A DNA stretch of 64,000 nucleotides from Catajapyx aquilonaris (taxonomy: Eukaryota): assembly GCA_000934665.2 (NCBI GenBank), contig KZ538532.1, positions 1 through 64,000 on the forward strand, written 5' to 3'. A program made the translations under genes and the position numbers. Shown in pieces: positions 36,601-51,600 of this stretch. Below the pieces are notes generated by a model that was not told the DNA's origin, did no database searches, and saw only the letters and a list, made by a program, of their open reading frames with translations. Positions within the stretch are counted from its first letter, which is position 1, and each line of letters begins with the position of its first letter.

Positions 36601-39600
36601 AAAACGTCAAAGCCATAGGATGGTTGGTTGGATTTCTTCCTTTTTATTCACGTGATGTGACACCTCTAGCCACACATAATTTTCTTTAAGGTTTGAAGGT
36701 TATCCTTGTCAATCGGCGTTATTACCTGTCCCATAGGCTTTCCACAATAAATTCGGCTAGTTTTTTATTGACTGCATAATATATTTTCAGAATGGGATGA
36801 AACCCACTGAAGGACATTGAAATTGTTTGTACCCATATGAGGAAATCCATTGCCTGACCCAGGATCGCATCCAGGATCTCAGAGGTGCAAAGGTGGGGAC
36901 CATTCATGATATCACAGCCATGTGCCATAGTAGTCCCTGAATAATTATGGTGTATAATGGGGAATCTTCCAAATACTGACCTGATCTCCCACAGTCAGAG
37001 CATGACACAAGCTCCTCTGACTGCCCGGTCTTTTTGTTCTCATTGGCATCGCCCAAGCAGAAGTCACAGTAGGGGGATGGCTGTGCCCTGTCCTTTTCCT
37101 CTCCTTCTATCAGCACCATATGGGGATGCTGGTGTGGATGTTGCATGTGGTGGGGTGGGGGTGGATGATGCATCGGCATCCCCGGAGGTGGTCCCCCCAC
37201 CCTACGCTGCTGCATAACCCCCCCTCCGCTCTGCAGATGGTGCATGGTGGAGGAGGGGGGCAGGGGCATGGCCATGGGGGCCATTCCCATCCCATTGGGG
37301 CCATGCTGGGACATGCCTGCCATGGCAGACATGGCCGCTGCTGCTGAGGATGAGGAAGAGGAGGAGGAGGAGGATGGGTCGTCTACCACCACCATGGAAG
37401 GGTGGGAGGATGGGGGTGGAGGGGGAGGGTGCTGGTGCTGCTGCTGCTGGGCGGCTGCTGCAGCTGCTGCGGCGGTGGCTGCTGCGTGGGCTGCGGCGGC
37501 TGCTGCGGCGGCAGTGGCGCCTGCGGAGCCACCCTGCCGTCCTCTTCGGCTACTCCCTACGGATGCATCTACAGTCAGTAAGGTGTCCAGGCTGCCGGCG
37601 GGAGAAGAGCGAGAGAGAGAGGGGGGGGTGGGGGGTAGGGGAAATCGTCGGTTTCAGAGTATCAAGAGTGTTCCCATGGTACAACAAGATGCGAGGGGTG
37701 GTATTTCCCACAAGGGAAGTTTCCCATGGGTGGTATCAACTGCACATTTATTGGGCATATTAAAACAGTATCATGTATATAAAGCCTGGAATCTAGATGC
37801 TTGATTTGTGTGTAACATTGTGTGTATGAATGGGCCAAATCCAGAAAGTTAACCACTCCTCTTCGATAATTTTCTACTACATATGAAAAATGACAGAAAA
37901 TAGTGTGTACTTAATCCCGTGGGAAGCTAACTTTTGGTGCACCCCTCGCACTGTTGTAGGTTTATCACACATGAAAACTACAAAGCAAATATTGTTTTTC
38001 ACGGGTGTGCAATATCAAATATTGCAAGTTTGAGTGCGAATGGGAATATGGCATCAAAATCTGACTTTCTCTGGTTACATTTGTGACTCAGTGCATTTTG
38101 AAATTTCAGTAACTTGGGGAATAATGACCCCTTTCCAAAAAACTAATTACAAATGTACCCAAATTTTAGTGACTGGAAACACTCGATAATTTAAGTTTTG
38201 TACATAGCAAAGCATGCTCCTCTCCTGAATTCAAATGTTGAGAATTTGCAAACACTTCCAAGTATTTTCAGTGTCATTCAGAATCTGCAGATTTTACCCT
38301 TTTCTTGAGGTTCATAAAATGCTACAAGCTAGCCGTCAGGCTGTTTCATAAATTCGGCAGATGGCTGAGAGGGCGGAAAGAGCGTGTTTGGGGCACGGAA
38401 TGTGAGAGGTGGTAATTCACCAATTCGGCCGTGGCGCTGCGGGTGGAAACTGAGCTGTGGGAATCGCTGAAAGTCCATCGGGTTGGACTTTGCGGATGGC
38501 TGAGTGGGCAGTTGGAGGAGGCAAGTCGGCTGCGCCCAGGAGCAAGAAAAAGCATGTTAAGTGAGGAGAAACGTAGAAGCTCATTTACTTGCTCTTGGCC
38601 CAGCAGTTGCTTTGGAAGGCTTAGGCCCATCTTCCTCCACCAACAAGGACAAAGCAGCCCTCCCTTTGCAGCAGTATAGCTCCCTCCTGTTTAGGGTCAG
38701 CATATTTCTAAAAACCTGCAGGCCTCCTGCTGAATTTGTGGGACCTGCAACCAGCTTTCCTCCCACCAGGGCGAATTGGCGCTAGTGTCTCATTCACTGG
38801 TTTTCCGCCCGTGCCCTGCTACTGTCTAGTATCCGCCGGCTCACTTTTCTCCGAATTTATGAAACAGCCTTTAGCCTTCAGAATACTGCTCTAAAAAAAA
38901 TCGTGCATGCTTGTTCCATGACTGCCTGCCTGTTTGACCTTGCGTCAGGCCTAGGAATGCTGCATTTCCAACAACTTTTTGGCTTGGTGGCTCTAGGGAA
39001 ACTCAGCAGACATGGGGGAATCATGGACATTACTGTTTTTGGATCAGAATCATGCTGACTACCGGCCTGGGTTTTTTGTTTTTTTTTTGTTTTGTTTCTT
39101 GGCATTTTTAGTTTAAGGATGACATTTTATATGCCATTAAAAACATAACTACAATAAAATTTTTCCCGATTTTCAATGGTGACTATATCAGTCTTATAGC
39201 TAGCAGTATACTAATTGCCATTATTACAATTGGCAACAGGGTGGTTGCCAAGCGAACAATGGAGCTGAGAGCTTAATTAAGAGAGCAACCCTGGCAACAA
39301 TGCAAGTGATTTTAGTGCAATTTTTTGTGATAAGTCAAGGCCACAGCTTGATCTGTCAGGGGGTTCATATTACTGTTCCTAAATATGCAACTTAACCCTG
39401 TACCGCGCATTGTTGCCTGAGGGCAATAATTAATTTGCGCAGGTGCCATAAGCTTCAACATTAGTCCTGGAAACCACAGTGTGGCTTGATGTCACAGTTA
39501 GTTTGTAAGCTTCCGCTAGATGACAAGCAATGTCGACAATGATACGATCAGGATATGGTATGAAGCGGAGAGAAGCCAAGGTCATTGAAATTTGCTGGAG

Positions 39601-42600
39601 CAGCAATTGTTTCTGGAGCTGATTAGATATAGGTGCAGATATTAAATATCCAATTACATGTGTAACACTGCAAGAGTAGCTCTCTCGTCGCCATTTGAGG
39701 TCATTCTAATTTTGCCAGCACAATTTCATCACAATTTCTTGCCGGCGCAGGCACAATATTGCTTGAGGTTTGAGTCCTAAGTCATTGTGCATATTTTTAT
39801 TCAAAAACGGAAACATGTACAGATATGACCATTACTACGTTTTTAAGGTCCGGTGATTACAATTTGGACTGGAATATAGATGGCCCCGAGATCTCAAGGG
39901 GAGCCGGTAAACGAAAGGGGATCTGAAACCCCCCACCCCGAGCTGCATGAGACAGTGGAATGGTGCGGGTTATGATCGCCTTTAGTTTTCTGGCCCCCTT
40001 TGCAATGTGGATGCCATCTATTTATCAGATGAAATTGTAATCACCGGACCTTCAAAACTTAGCAAAGGTCATCTCTGTATGTGTTACCATTTTTGAATAA
40101 AAAAATACTCGCCATGACTTTTGACTCAGCCGGTGTAACTTCAAAGTCATTGGGTCAGAGATGACCAAAACATAATAAAAACCATCCTTACGTCGCATAT
40201 GATGAGAAAAAAGCGTTCGAATTTTTTTCTTCCCACAATCCTAAATGTGTGCAGTACAGGGTTAATTGCAGATGTGAACAAGAGTAATTTTGAAAAACGC
40301 AAGTACTTTCATTTTGAGTCAAAATGCCTACGTAAACATTTTGTTCCCTGCTAATATATCAATAACGGTGCCAAATTTCATTTCATAGTCTCTCGAACAT
40401 CCTATCACTCCGAAAGAAAAGACATTGAACTGAACCTTACATGGATAAGCATAATTCCTCATTTCAAGTGCACAATAAGGGTGGAGTGAGATGTGCCAAG
40501 GGAATTGAGAGTTTCCAAACAGCCCACCTGATTGCATCATATAAAGCCCTTCATTTGATACCAAAAATGACAATATAAAAACCAAACATGCTGACATAGC
40601 TTGGAAAAGATTACCGATATCATCTAAAAAAAATCTCTGCCATATTTGGTGACTCAGAGGATCCCTTTTAGATTGATTTTGGGGTGTACAATGACAATTT
40701 TTAGTGGAAGTTGTTATTAATGACATGAGGTGAAAACATGAAATTATTAAATATGTTTTTTGAACTGTGAAATACTGGGCTTTAAAGTTGAGAATTGCAT
40801 TTTTCCTGCCATTTCAAATAGCTGCAGAAGGTGCTAATAACTTTTCAGAATTTAAATTTAAATATTTAGGACAATGATGTAGATGATGGGCAGGTTTAAA
40901 AATAGTGCATTGTTCACTAAAACTGATATTTAATAAAATCAACGTTCACTCAAGGCTAGTTGCACAATGTGACAACACCGCATATGGAGTATAAATTATA
41001 ATTCAAAATCATGCATATGCACATTTTATCTTCATTAAATTATTGTTAGTGAACATATGCAACTTAAAAAATGGCTATCATCTGCTACTGTCATAAAATT
41101 AAAATTCTGTCAGGTTCCTGACACCTCATGGGGCCCTTTAAAATGTTTAAAATACAAATTCTCAACTGACATGCACAGATTTTCACTACACAGAGAACAG
41201 ATATTTAATAACATAATTTTACTTTTTCATCAATTATTATTAGGAATAACTTCCACTAATTATCCTCATGATACACCACAAAATCAATTCTAGAAGGGGG
41301 TCATTTCTCACAACTCCCATTTTCAGTCAAGCCCCATAACCATTTTAGTTATTGAGCGTCTGTAGGGGCTCTAGTCTGGACAGTAGAGATGACTTTCCCA
41401 TTATGGATGACTACCACGGCAATGTGTCTGATATGTTAGAAGAAAAGAAGTTACTCTAACTGTAAGTTACCTCTGCTGTTCAGACTATAGCCCTGTTTAT
41501 CACATTTTGATGCCCATGTGCAATGGAAATAAATGATATTCAAAATGATAGCAAACATTGAGAGAAATACTGTTGCAAATTTACCCAGGGCTACCATTTA
41601 AAAAAAGCAGAAGACAGTAACACAGTAACTTTCTCCAATAAAATCACCTGCAAGCATGCTGCCATGTGTATTGTTGAATAGATAATTCACCACTTAATTT
41701 TTTGTTTCTGCCCAAGCAAAGCTATGTTGGTGAAAGAGTTTCACAGGATTCCTCCTTTTCAGCCCTCTATCTCTACCACAATAAAACAAGAATGAGCTCA
41801 ACATTTCAACTATTTCACTCAAGTGGGCAAGAATGTTCAAGTGCAAATAAAGAATAAAATGGCTGAATGAGCTCAAAAAGTATTAATGATGTAGAAAATA
41901 AGAATGGAACCATGCAATCTAACTTATCTTATTTTCTAGAACAAGCATTTTTTTAAAATCAAATAGGCGAAAATGAATAGAAGACAGTAAAAGACATGTA
42001 AACATTTTTCTTTGGACGCAAGAGACTTACAACTGATTTGCCGTACCTGAACAAATTCCTGCTTTTGCCCGTCCAAAGCCCCTGAGGCCATTTCAGCAAT
42101 GTGAAAAATGGTGGGGAGGGAATTGGGGAGAAAAAACACAACGACTGTACATCAGCTGCACTCTCCACCAAACTCCCCCCCAAACACTTAAAACACCGAT
42201 TTAACAGATAGGGTCAAGGGGAAAAACCTATAAGTTGCAAAAGGCAAGAGAAATATTCAAAGTGGCAAAAAGAAATAGCTATAGTAAGGCAGAAGAAAGC
42301 ATCAATAAAAAAGTAAATGACATTGAATTACAATATGAAAGAATAGAAGTGGGCAGATCTTAATGCAAGTGTGTGACAAGAGCCAAACAAAAATTTGCAG
42401 ATATTTGCATGTGAGAAGAGCAAGGCTGAAATCATGGTCAAAATTTAAATTGTGCGAACCCGAATCACTGCTGTCCTTAGTTGGTTTTGGAGAGGATGTA
42501 ACACTTTCCTCCTCTTCATCGTCACGATCCTTATGAGAATGAGTGTAGTGGTAGGACAAACCAGGACGTGTCTTATACCTTGCACCACACACTGCAAAAA

Positions 42601-45600
42601 AAGGATATGAGTTTGTGACAGTAACAAGGACATCTGCCAAGTCCAACAATCAAATACAGTATTATTCAAACTTGGAAGTGAAGTAATCCACTCTCATTCA
42701 TGAAAAGCAATAACACTTTTCTTTATCAAATGCTGTACGTGTGCTGCATAATGAGGGTCCTCTAGGTGGGCACAAAAAGGCAAGAAAGTACTTTGAACAT
42801 TTTGTGAACGTCAAAACTTATAAATATGACCCTTCTCACCCTCTACCACCCAATTTGAAACCCATTTACAGCATCTGACAAAAGTAACTTCAATGGTTAT
42901 TCATTGTTGGATGTGGGCTTTCAGGTTTGAATATCTGACAGTTGCACTTAGTAAATGTCCTTTCTAAAATGCATGCAAGATTCTTCAAGGGCACGTACAT
43001 TCACATGAAAATGGCTTCTCAGCATCTGTTGTGGGATCAAAAGCCCCCGTTTTCTTTCGGCCTCCTCTCCCACCCTGGAATATTAAGAGAGAATATTAAA
43101 TATTTCCTAGTTCATCTGACGATGACAACTGACAAACAACCGACAAACACACATGATTAATGTAAAAACATCGAAAAAAACAACATGAACAGAAGGTAGG
43201 GTAAACCATACAGTGATGGCCAGTTTACCATATTGGTCTTATAACCAAAGTTACTCTTCTTACCCTCCTGAATTTTGAATTTTTTTGATTTTCTAATTCT
43301 GCTTAGCCTATAGTATTGAGAAAACATCATCTCAGCTGCTAATTTCCACGTTAGCAGGGTGAAAATACAGCCAAAAGGCAATTTTCCGAAGCCACAACAC
43401 CTGCATCCGGTTGCGAGTCGCCGGCCAGTGCCAACGAGGGATAAATAGGGTACAGGCAGGCTGTAAAGGTCCGCCACCTTTGATGGTTTTGACGGCCAGG
43501 CCATGGCACTTCACAGCAAGAACACGCGCGAATTTGAATATTTTTGCTGTATGAGCTCCTTTAATGCACTTTTCTACGTATTAATTCCGTAAGTACGGAA
43601 AAAATATTCAAATTCGCGCGTGTTCTCGCTGTGAAGTGCCACGGCCTGGCCGCCAAAACCATCAAAGATGTCGGACCTTTACGGCCTGCCTGTACCCTAT
43701 TTATCCCTCGTTGGCACTGGCCGGTGACTCGCGACCAGATGCAAGTGTTGTGGCTTCGGAACAGAACATTTTGGCAGTATTTTCACCCTGCTAACGTGGA
43801 AATTAGCAGAGGAGGTGATGTTTCTCAACACTATAGGCCAAGCAGAACGAGAAAATCCCAAAATTTTCAAAATTCAGGAGGGTAAGAAAAGTTACTTTGG
43901 TTGTCAGTAATACATGAATATACTCATCATTTATTTCTGTGTAGATGTTCTAAAATATTTTTCTAATACAGAAGTTGTCCCCGTTCACACTGCATCAAAT
44001 TCACTCATATCAGTCACAGAATGTGTGTATATATATATATATATTTAAATGTACAAATCCCATCCAGATAGTGATGGCCAGGTGTCAAGATAGTGATGGC
44101 CATGGCAGCAAAACAATAGGCTACCTACAGTAGGGACCAAAGTTGGGACCCCATCAGTATTAGGAAGGTAGGCCTAACTGATGTGAGATAAAGCCACACA
44201 AAAGCCTATACAGGTTGTAAGGATATATAACAGAATATTTTATTTTGCAAGTTTTCGTCCCTTACAAGAATAGGCTTTGCCCATTACACACAAGAAGATA
44301 GGCCTATGGATTTGCTATTGCTGCGTATTTCCTCCTAAATCATTGCTGTCATTTCTCTCCAAGAATAACTCTCGTGATCATGATCCTTAGGCCAACATAA
44401 TGTGGTATTCGGGGAGGTGTGGTGGCCGAGATGGTAACGTCTCGGCTTGCTGAGTGAAAGATCCCAGGTTCGATCCCCGCCTGGGAGCTCCCTTTCGCCT
44501 GCGTCAGGAGGGTCTCTGACCCACGCCTTGGAGGTGTCTGGCAACTTAACCTCCTGGGGAACAGCACACGAACCCGTTTAACGACATTGCACTTGCACCT
44601 ACGTTCCCTCCCCAAAAATCCCTATCCTTACCCAATGTCCTTGATTTCCCAGCACCGGAGTCTGAAGTAAAATGGAACATAACTAAGAAAATATGGTGGT
44701 GTTCNCCCCCCCCCCCCCCCCCCAAACAGCCACAGGCTCTTATCACGGGGTAGCAAAAATAAAATACAAATAAAAATAAAACATATGTGGTATTCAATTT
44801 TTTAAAGCCTAACACAAGAAGCTGGACAGTCATGGCCATGCTAATGAATTCATCGTTTTCATACTCCTGAACAAAGGGACTGGTTTCAATCCTATGCTTC
44901 CATAAAGCACTTCTAGACCAATAATTTCGGATACCTCACATTGCTATCAGGATATTTATGAGACCAGAAACACACTTACATTGCAAGAAAAATGTTAACA
45001 TTTATCAGCTGCATTCCAACCTGAGCAGCAGGTCTGTGTGTCAGATGCCATTACTGCTCTTGCAATTCCTGCTGTGGACTGCTTTTCGACCTGCTTCATG
45101 CCAGGGACCACAGGTGTCACACCATGATCACTTCTTCATGTTCTGGTATTTACGCGGCCTATTTCTTAAAGAACCAAAAGGCGCAGTGGGCCATCACTGT
45201 ACGGTTTATCCTACTAAATTTTATATCCCGAGGAATGTAAAACAAAGCATGTTTTCTTGGTAAACTAGGGTCATTTACATGGACATGAATGAACAGTGAC
45301 ACAATCTAGACAAGTTCTACTTTACTATAACCATGTCCATGACCATATAAATGACACCAATGTTGGGCTCAAGTGGGAGATGCAGAAAGCTACCCAGTTT
45401 AAAATTAAGCCATGTATTAACGACTTGCATAATTATATTTGTTCATGTTAACGACTTGCATAATTATATTTGTTCATGTTAACGACTTGCATAATTATAT
45501 TTGTTCATGTTAACGACTTGCATAATTATATTTGTTCATGTTAACGACTTGCATAATTATATTTGTTCATGTTAACGACTATTCACCAATAGGTCATCAG

Positions 45601-48600
45601 AGTTGTAGCACATGACACATACGAGGTGTGATCGAAAAGTTCCCGGACTGTGTTCATAAAAACATTAATATTTACTCTAAGTCCTAATTTCCACTGCCAC
45701 CTTCAAAGTAGTTACCTTGGGCACGTATACAACAATTCCAGCGAATTTCCCATTTTTGGAAGCACCAAAAAAAATTGGCCAACAGTAGTGTCTTCAACAC
45801 CTGCTGCAATTTTGCTTAGACCTCTTTAGTGGAGTCAAAATGCCTCCTATTCTACCCAAATTTCATTTTAGGGAAGAGGTAGAAATCACGTAGTGCCAGG
45901 ACAAACGAATATGCAGGGTGGGGAACAGTGGTCATGTTATTTTTTATCAGGAAGTCCCTGACTACGCGTGAGGTGTGTGCAGGCGGGATTGTCATGGTGC
46001 AGCAACCAGTCTCTGTTCTTCCATATCTCCGGCCAATTGAGCCTAAATCGTCTCAAACAATCGCAGTAAGACTTGCCGTTGACAGTTTTACCAGGAGGGA
46101 GAAACTCCACATGCACAATTCCTATAATGTCAAAGAAAATGATCAGCATTGAGTTGATTTTGCCGCGAACTTGGCGCGCCACCTTTGAAGCTGTTAAACC
46201 ACTCATATGTTATTGCTTGTCTGACAACTTGCTCATCAAAAGCCTTGTTCAGCATTCGGTTGGTCGCATCCGAAGTTTTGTTGAGCTGGAAGCAAAATTT
46301 AATACAAATCTTTTGCTCCCTAACATCAGCCACTTCGAAAAATCGCAGAAGCACAACAACACAGTGTCAAGAAAACTGGCGAAACTCGGAAACATGTGCA
46401 CCTATGAAGACGAGATTTTTCAGACTAATAGATGAAAGGTGCACCTAGCGCCCCCTGACGTCACAAGTTCGTAGCTCCACTGGTTTGCGCGGTATATCGA
46501 CAGTCCGGGAACTTTTTGATCACACCTCATATCTTGTGTTACTGAAACGTCTGGTTTCCAGCCATTTATAGATTTCACATGGTTTTTGAACGGAGTTTGA
46601 AATGTGCTTCATCAGCATTAATACACTTGGTTACAACTGAAATGTCCACACTCGTTAGCAATTTTAGGTACTACATTGCTTATCATGAAGCAGTAACATT
46701 CCAATACAGGGCCCCCATTTAACAATGTTCCCTTTTATGATGTTTCCCTGTAATGATTTTTTTTTAAAAATCCCTAAAAATTTAAAAAAAAATGTGAAAA
46801 ATGTTTCGAAAAAAATTTGCAAATAACTAAATAAATCGAGACAGCTCATAAGAGTGCAACTGAAGATAGATAATGAATTTAACAAAAAGAGCTCAACTTC
46901 ATGCAGTAAGTATATATGGCTAAAACATACCCTGGTGACCTTTCCCCCTCTCTTCTTCTTCCTCTTGCTATAACTCTCCTCATAGTCATAATCTGAATCT
47001 GGATCTTGTTCATCAAACTCGCCGGCATCAGGAATGTCCAGGTCATCATAGTACCAGGCATCTTTTGAAATGCTGTCATCCTTGCTATTCCCTGCACTGT
47101 CCTTGGAGTCCTCATTCATTAAGGCAGACCCTCCTCCTCCAGCTGCAGCAGGGTTCTCGACTGTGCTAATTGTGTGCATGTCTGCCTCAGGGTCAGCCTC
47201 TTTACGTCGAGGTTGGAAAAAGTTGAGGAGGTACTGACGGCGCTTCTTGCGCCAGCGCTTTGATGGGTAGGTATACACGCCACCAGGAACCTCAGGGGGC
47301 ATGCGCTGGCGACGACTCAGCCACAGATTAGAATGGTTCTGAGCCACACCTGTTTATAAAATTTGAAAAACCAAAAGAAAAAATATTACTTTTAATAATG
47401 AAATTACCAATATAACAATTAAGCCAAATATCATAATCACTACTACGCCATATTTAGAATATTCCATGACCACATTTTGCCTCAACTTTTAGAATGGTAA
47501 AGTACTGCATGACATTTCAAGTCAACTCATGGCCAGATTGAGACTATCCCACCACAGAGAGCTTAAAATAAAGACAATAATGAACTAAAGGCTAAAGGTT
47601 CACTCCCCTTACTGTGTGGAATTGCCCCCCCCCCCCCCCCCCNCCCCCCCCCCCCTCCACACACACACAAATAACCTCCTACCAGTTCCATCCCTCACCA
47701 TAGGTGTTCCACTAATGCATACTGGTATTATTACACCTCATTTACACTACACACACTTGATGAGCAAGGTACAATTCCCAATGAGTTTTGCACTCATTGG
47801 TAATTGCACACGCCTGAAAATCAGTCACCAGTCACCTGAAGTATGTTTTGAGTTATGGCACCCAACCAGGTGAGAATCTCCTGCAGGGATCATGCACCCC
47901 ACTATGCAAAGGTGTCAAGTGGCACGAGCTCTTTGAACAGAAGTGACAACTCTCTATCCTAAAGAATCTGTGTGTATGGGAAGTCCATTTCACTTAGAAA
48001 GCTCATGACCATGCTTTGAATGACACATCAGCCATAAACAAATAAACCCAAATATATCATCTTCTTGGTTACCCTTCACCGTTTTTAAACTTATTTTTGT
48101 AAGTGTCATGCATTTACTGCCTGACAATTTTTTATTGTTGGTGGGAGGAGCTAAATCACACATGAAACATACCCACACTGTTACCACTTTAGGCTTTATT
48201 GGAAACGGCTTGCATTCTGTTCCCAATCTCACCTGCCTGCTGCCCCATTGCCAATTTCACATTATACCCATCCTCCTACTACCTCGAGAGTTGAATCATG
48301 CAATGTGTGACATAGCGTATTCTTTCCACCCAACACTAAAAATGTGTCTAGCATTAGTGCTTGCAGTGCCAGTTACTATGCAATTGACTACATGCAACAG
48401 ATTGAATACTTTCTGAGTGCAGGCCCTCTGTAGTTTCCACAAACATCTAGCCAGAACAGTCAAGGCAGACATGGCTCATTATTTCTATACAATTTCCCCT
48501 ACTCTATCATATGTACATTAATTTTCACATGCCTTTCAAAATAAAGAGTAATATAATTTCTTTGACACTAAATTGACAATTTTCTCAAAATCCAACTATT

Positions 48601-51600
48601 TTTCTTATTCTTTCAAACTTTGGATTACTTAAACACTATCTAAAATTGTCTATGGCAGATCTACAAACCACCACATTGGGAAAATAAACTGGTGTGAATA
48701 AAACTTGGTCATGCTGGTGCCATTGGATCAGTTAGATCAGTGTTTCTCAACCTTTTTACTCGTGCGGAACCCTTGAAATTATATCCATGTCTCAGGGAAC
48801 CCCTACATAAAAATTAAAAAATTAAATATGTTATGCTCAAACCCCGAAAACGCTCACCGAGAGAGAAAAAAAAACATGTCGCAAAATGGGTGGTTTGAAA
48901 ACAACCAATTCGCGAAATTGACATTTTCTCTCTCTCAATTAGCGTTTTCGTCATTTGAGCCTATCAGAGGTTAGACAAAATAATAGGGACACCTGCTAAG
49001 GGAGTTTGAAAGTTTGTTTGTTTTATTCTAAAACCAAAACTGAAAGAGTTACAAAGATTACTTTTAATAATTTTTGAAGTCCTGTTGATGTGGTACATAT
49101 TATTTTGCCGAAGTGTGTAGATTTTACAAATGTCACAAGAGGAAGGGGGGGGGGGGGAGGANGAGGGAAGGAGACACAAAATGCAAACAACACCCCCCAG
49201 CTCCCAGCTGTCATTTTCGACCGGAGTCACCTTCATTTGAAAATGAAAGCAGCTACAGTAATTTACTTTACTGGGTATTGAGGTTCTATTGATGTAAATG
49301 TGTGGCATGGGTTGGATAATGGAAACCCCTGTTACAGTTAGTGTACACTACAATTTTTTAATTACTATGGTGTTTGACCACCTTTGCCTTCAGTACAGCC
49401 CCAATCCTTCTTGGAATGGACGAATTCAAGTTTTGAACAGTCTAAGAGGCATCAGAATTAGTGCTGGAGGGGAGCGGGGGTGTCGTTTCTCTTCGCTTCC
49501 CCCCTCCTCTTGTGATTTTTGCGCCCCCTGCAGACCTAGACAAATATACATCAACATAGCTTCAAAACTCCATAAAAGACACCTTTGTAACATTCGCAGT
49601 TTTCATATAAAACCGACGCAAACTTTTAATTGCTTTTTGCAAGTATCCCTATTATTTTGTCCAAGCCTTGTACATATATATCGATTTATGACTCAAAAAT
49701 ACCTTTACATTAAAAGATTAGCCTATTCGTCACTATTTCACGTGGAACCCCTGGCGATTGCTCGTGGAACCCCGGTTGAGAAACGCTGAGTTAGATCAAC
49801 GGGAGTAATATGAGTAATGATTTGGCTCAACCAGCCTCCCGCAACTCCTACCCTTACTGTATGGTGATGGTAGTTTAATTACAGAGTCTCCGCTGGCATC
49901 GCTCACTGGAGGGAATCCAGCTGCCAGACGAATTCGTGCGGATGCCTTAACTAACCCATACAGTCAATACTACGGCACAATTAGCCCTATTCTGCAGATT
50001 CGCACAGTCACATGAGTGAGTCTGGCAACCAAATTGCCCCCAGTAGCCCCAGTGAGCGACGCCAACACCAAAATTCCCGGTGTTTCCGGAGACTGTAATT
50101 AAACTGCCATTTCGTAGGAGTTGCGGGGGGCTGGGCTCAACACATTCAAAAATATTGAAACCTACGTCTTGACACTAGAAGTTGTGTAACGCCTTTAAAA
50201 GGTTTCTAGCAATGGTTTCCAGTAATGGAAATAAGTTACAAATTTATATTTAAAAAAATTTACAAGTGAAAATGAAGTATTATGAGACACTTGGTATTTC
50301 ACACTATTATCAATATTTAGTCAGAGATGAAGTGGCGCCGCGGTAACGCGTGTGCCCACGGATATTAAGGTCCCGGGTTCAATCCCCACCAGGGGTTTCC
50401 ACCTTTATCCGTGCAGAGTTGGGCCATCTCTGGCTTCATTTCGGGTGGCAATTTCCGATAGACTAAGCCACCCGGGGGAGTTCACAAAATGACCGCTAGA
50501 GACATTGCACATGAACTTTGCACATCCCCTCCTACCTACCCTTGGAACGAACTAAATGTACTATCTTAGTATACCGGTTCCACCCAGATGGTGGTATTCC
50601 ACCCCCCTAAAGGAGCTGTAACTCCCAATGGGGTAATGCAAAAAAAATAATAATAATAAAATCAGTTAGCTTGAACAAAGAAAAACATGGGGTAGACATG
50701 TTACTGTGTGCATGGCAACCTCCTCTTAGATATGCATAGTGAAAAAAAGTCCCACCTGTTTGGCAGTCAAGGAAGGGAAGCCTCATCTTCCGTTCAATTG
50801 ACAGCCTAGTGTTATAAGTTGCTGCATTCTCAATCGCCTCACGATAGGTTGAGTCAGCCAGGAAGCTGCAGGTTGGAAATTCAATTACAAAAAAATGTTC
50901 ACAAACAGGGACCTGATTGCATAATAGCACAGCATAGACCACCGGTCTTCAACTGGTGTTGCATGGAATCCCGCAGCTGTGGACCTGTCCAACAGATTCT
51001 GAAAAGCTACTTGGGGTTGTTCCAATAGTCAAGTTGAGCGAAGTATAGGCTCATTGAAAAAGAATGGACGAGTATTTAAAAACCCTATAACTTGAAAACT
51101 TGTAGACATATCTAAATGATTTAAGTTTTGAAATGCTAAGAAAGGCCTAAAGTTTTGGTCTCACCATAGTTTGTTTAGATATGAGCTCCATTTGTTGCTC
51201 GAAAAATATAAATACGGTAATTGATGTTGTGTCTAACCCTGGCATTACCTTTCCAATCTTTTCCGGTAGGTGCTGGAGATGCCGAATCTTTTCATCCTGC
51301 ATGTGTCGCCACAAAAATGTCAATAGGAGTACGATCTGGGCTCCCATTGGGGCTACGCATTGAGAAACTTCTCATTTAGACTTGGCATATTGGGATGCCG
51401 AACAAAATAATGAATTTTCCTACGGCAGGTTTGTTTCATACATGAGGCGACTTTTTATGTGCATCAAGAACAATGTCTGTGGTGTAGAGACCCATCATAT
51501 CCAGCACCTACGGGATAGGATTGCAACGGTAAAGTGGGCTCTACACAGTCGGTCCGACTCCGATCGGATTCAACCATCGAATCTTCTGTGCAAATGGCAT

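Noticed and set aside
37244..37804. 186-aa + strand ORF and other overlapping ORFs
   Set aside because: Antisense shadows of the GC-rich low-complexity d4 exon
43157..43885. Mirror-image ORFs MKCHGLA... on both strands
   Set aside because: Artefact of the long palindrome; no protein homology recognised
44975..45215. Possible extra d4 exon (DKPYS-like peptide, gtaagt donor)
   Set aside because: Frames contain stops, and flanking exons 47349-46931 and 43074-42999 already join in phase
45417..45580. 31-bp repeats resembling a CRISPR array in unit length
   Set aside because: Head-to-tail identical units with no spacers, no cas genes, eukaryotic intron; a simple minisatellite
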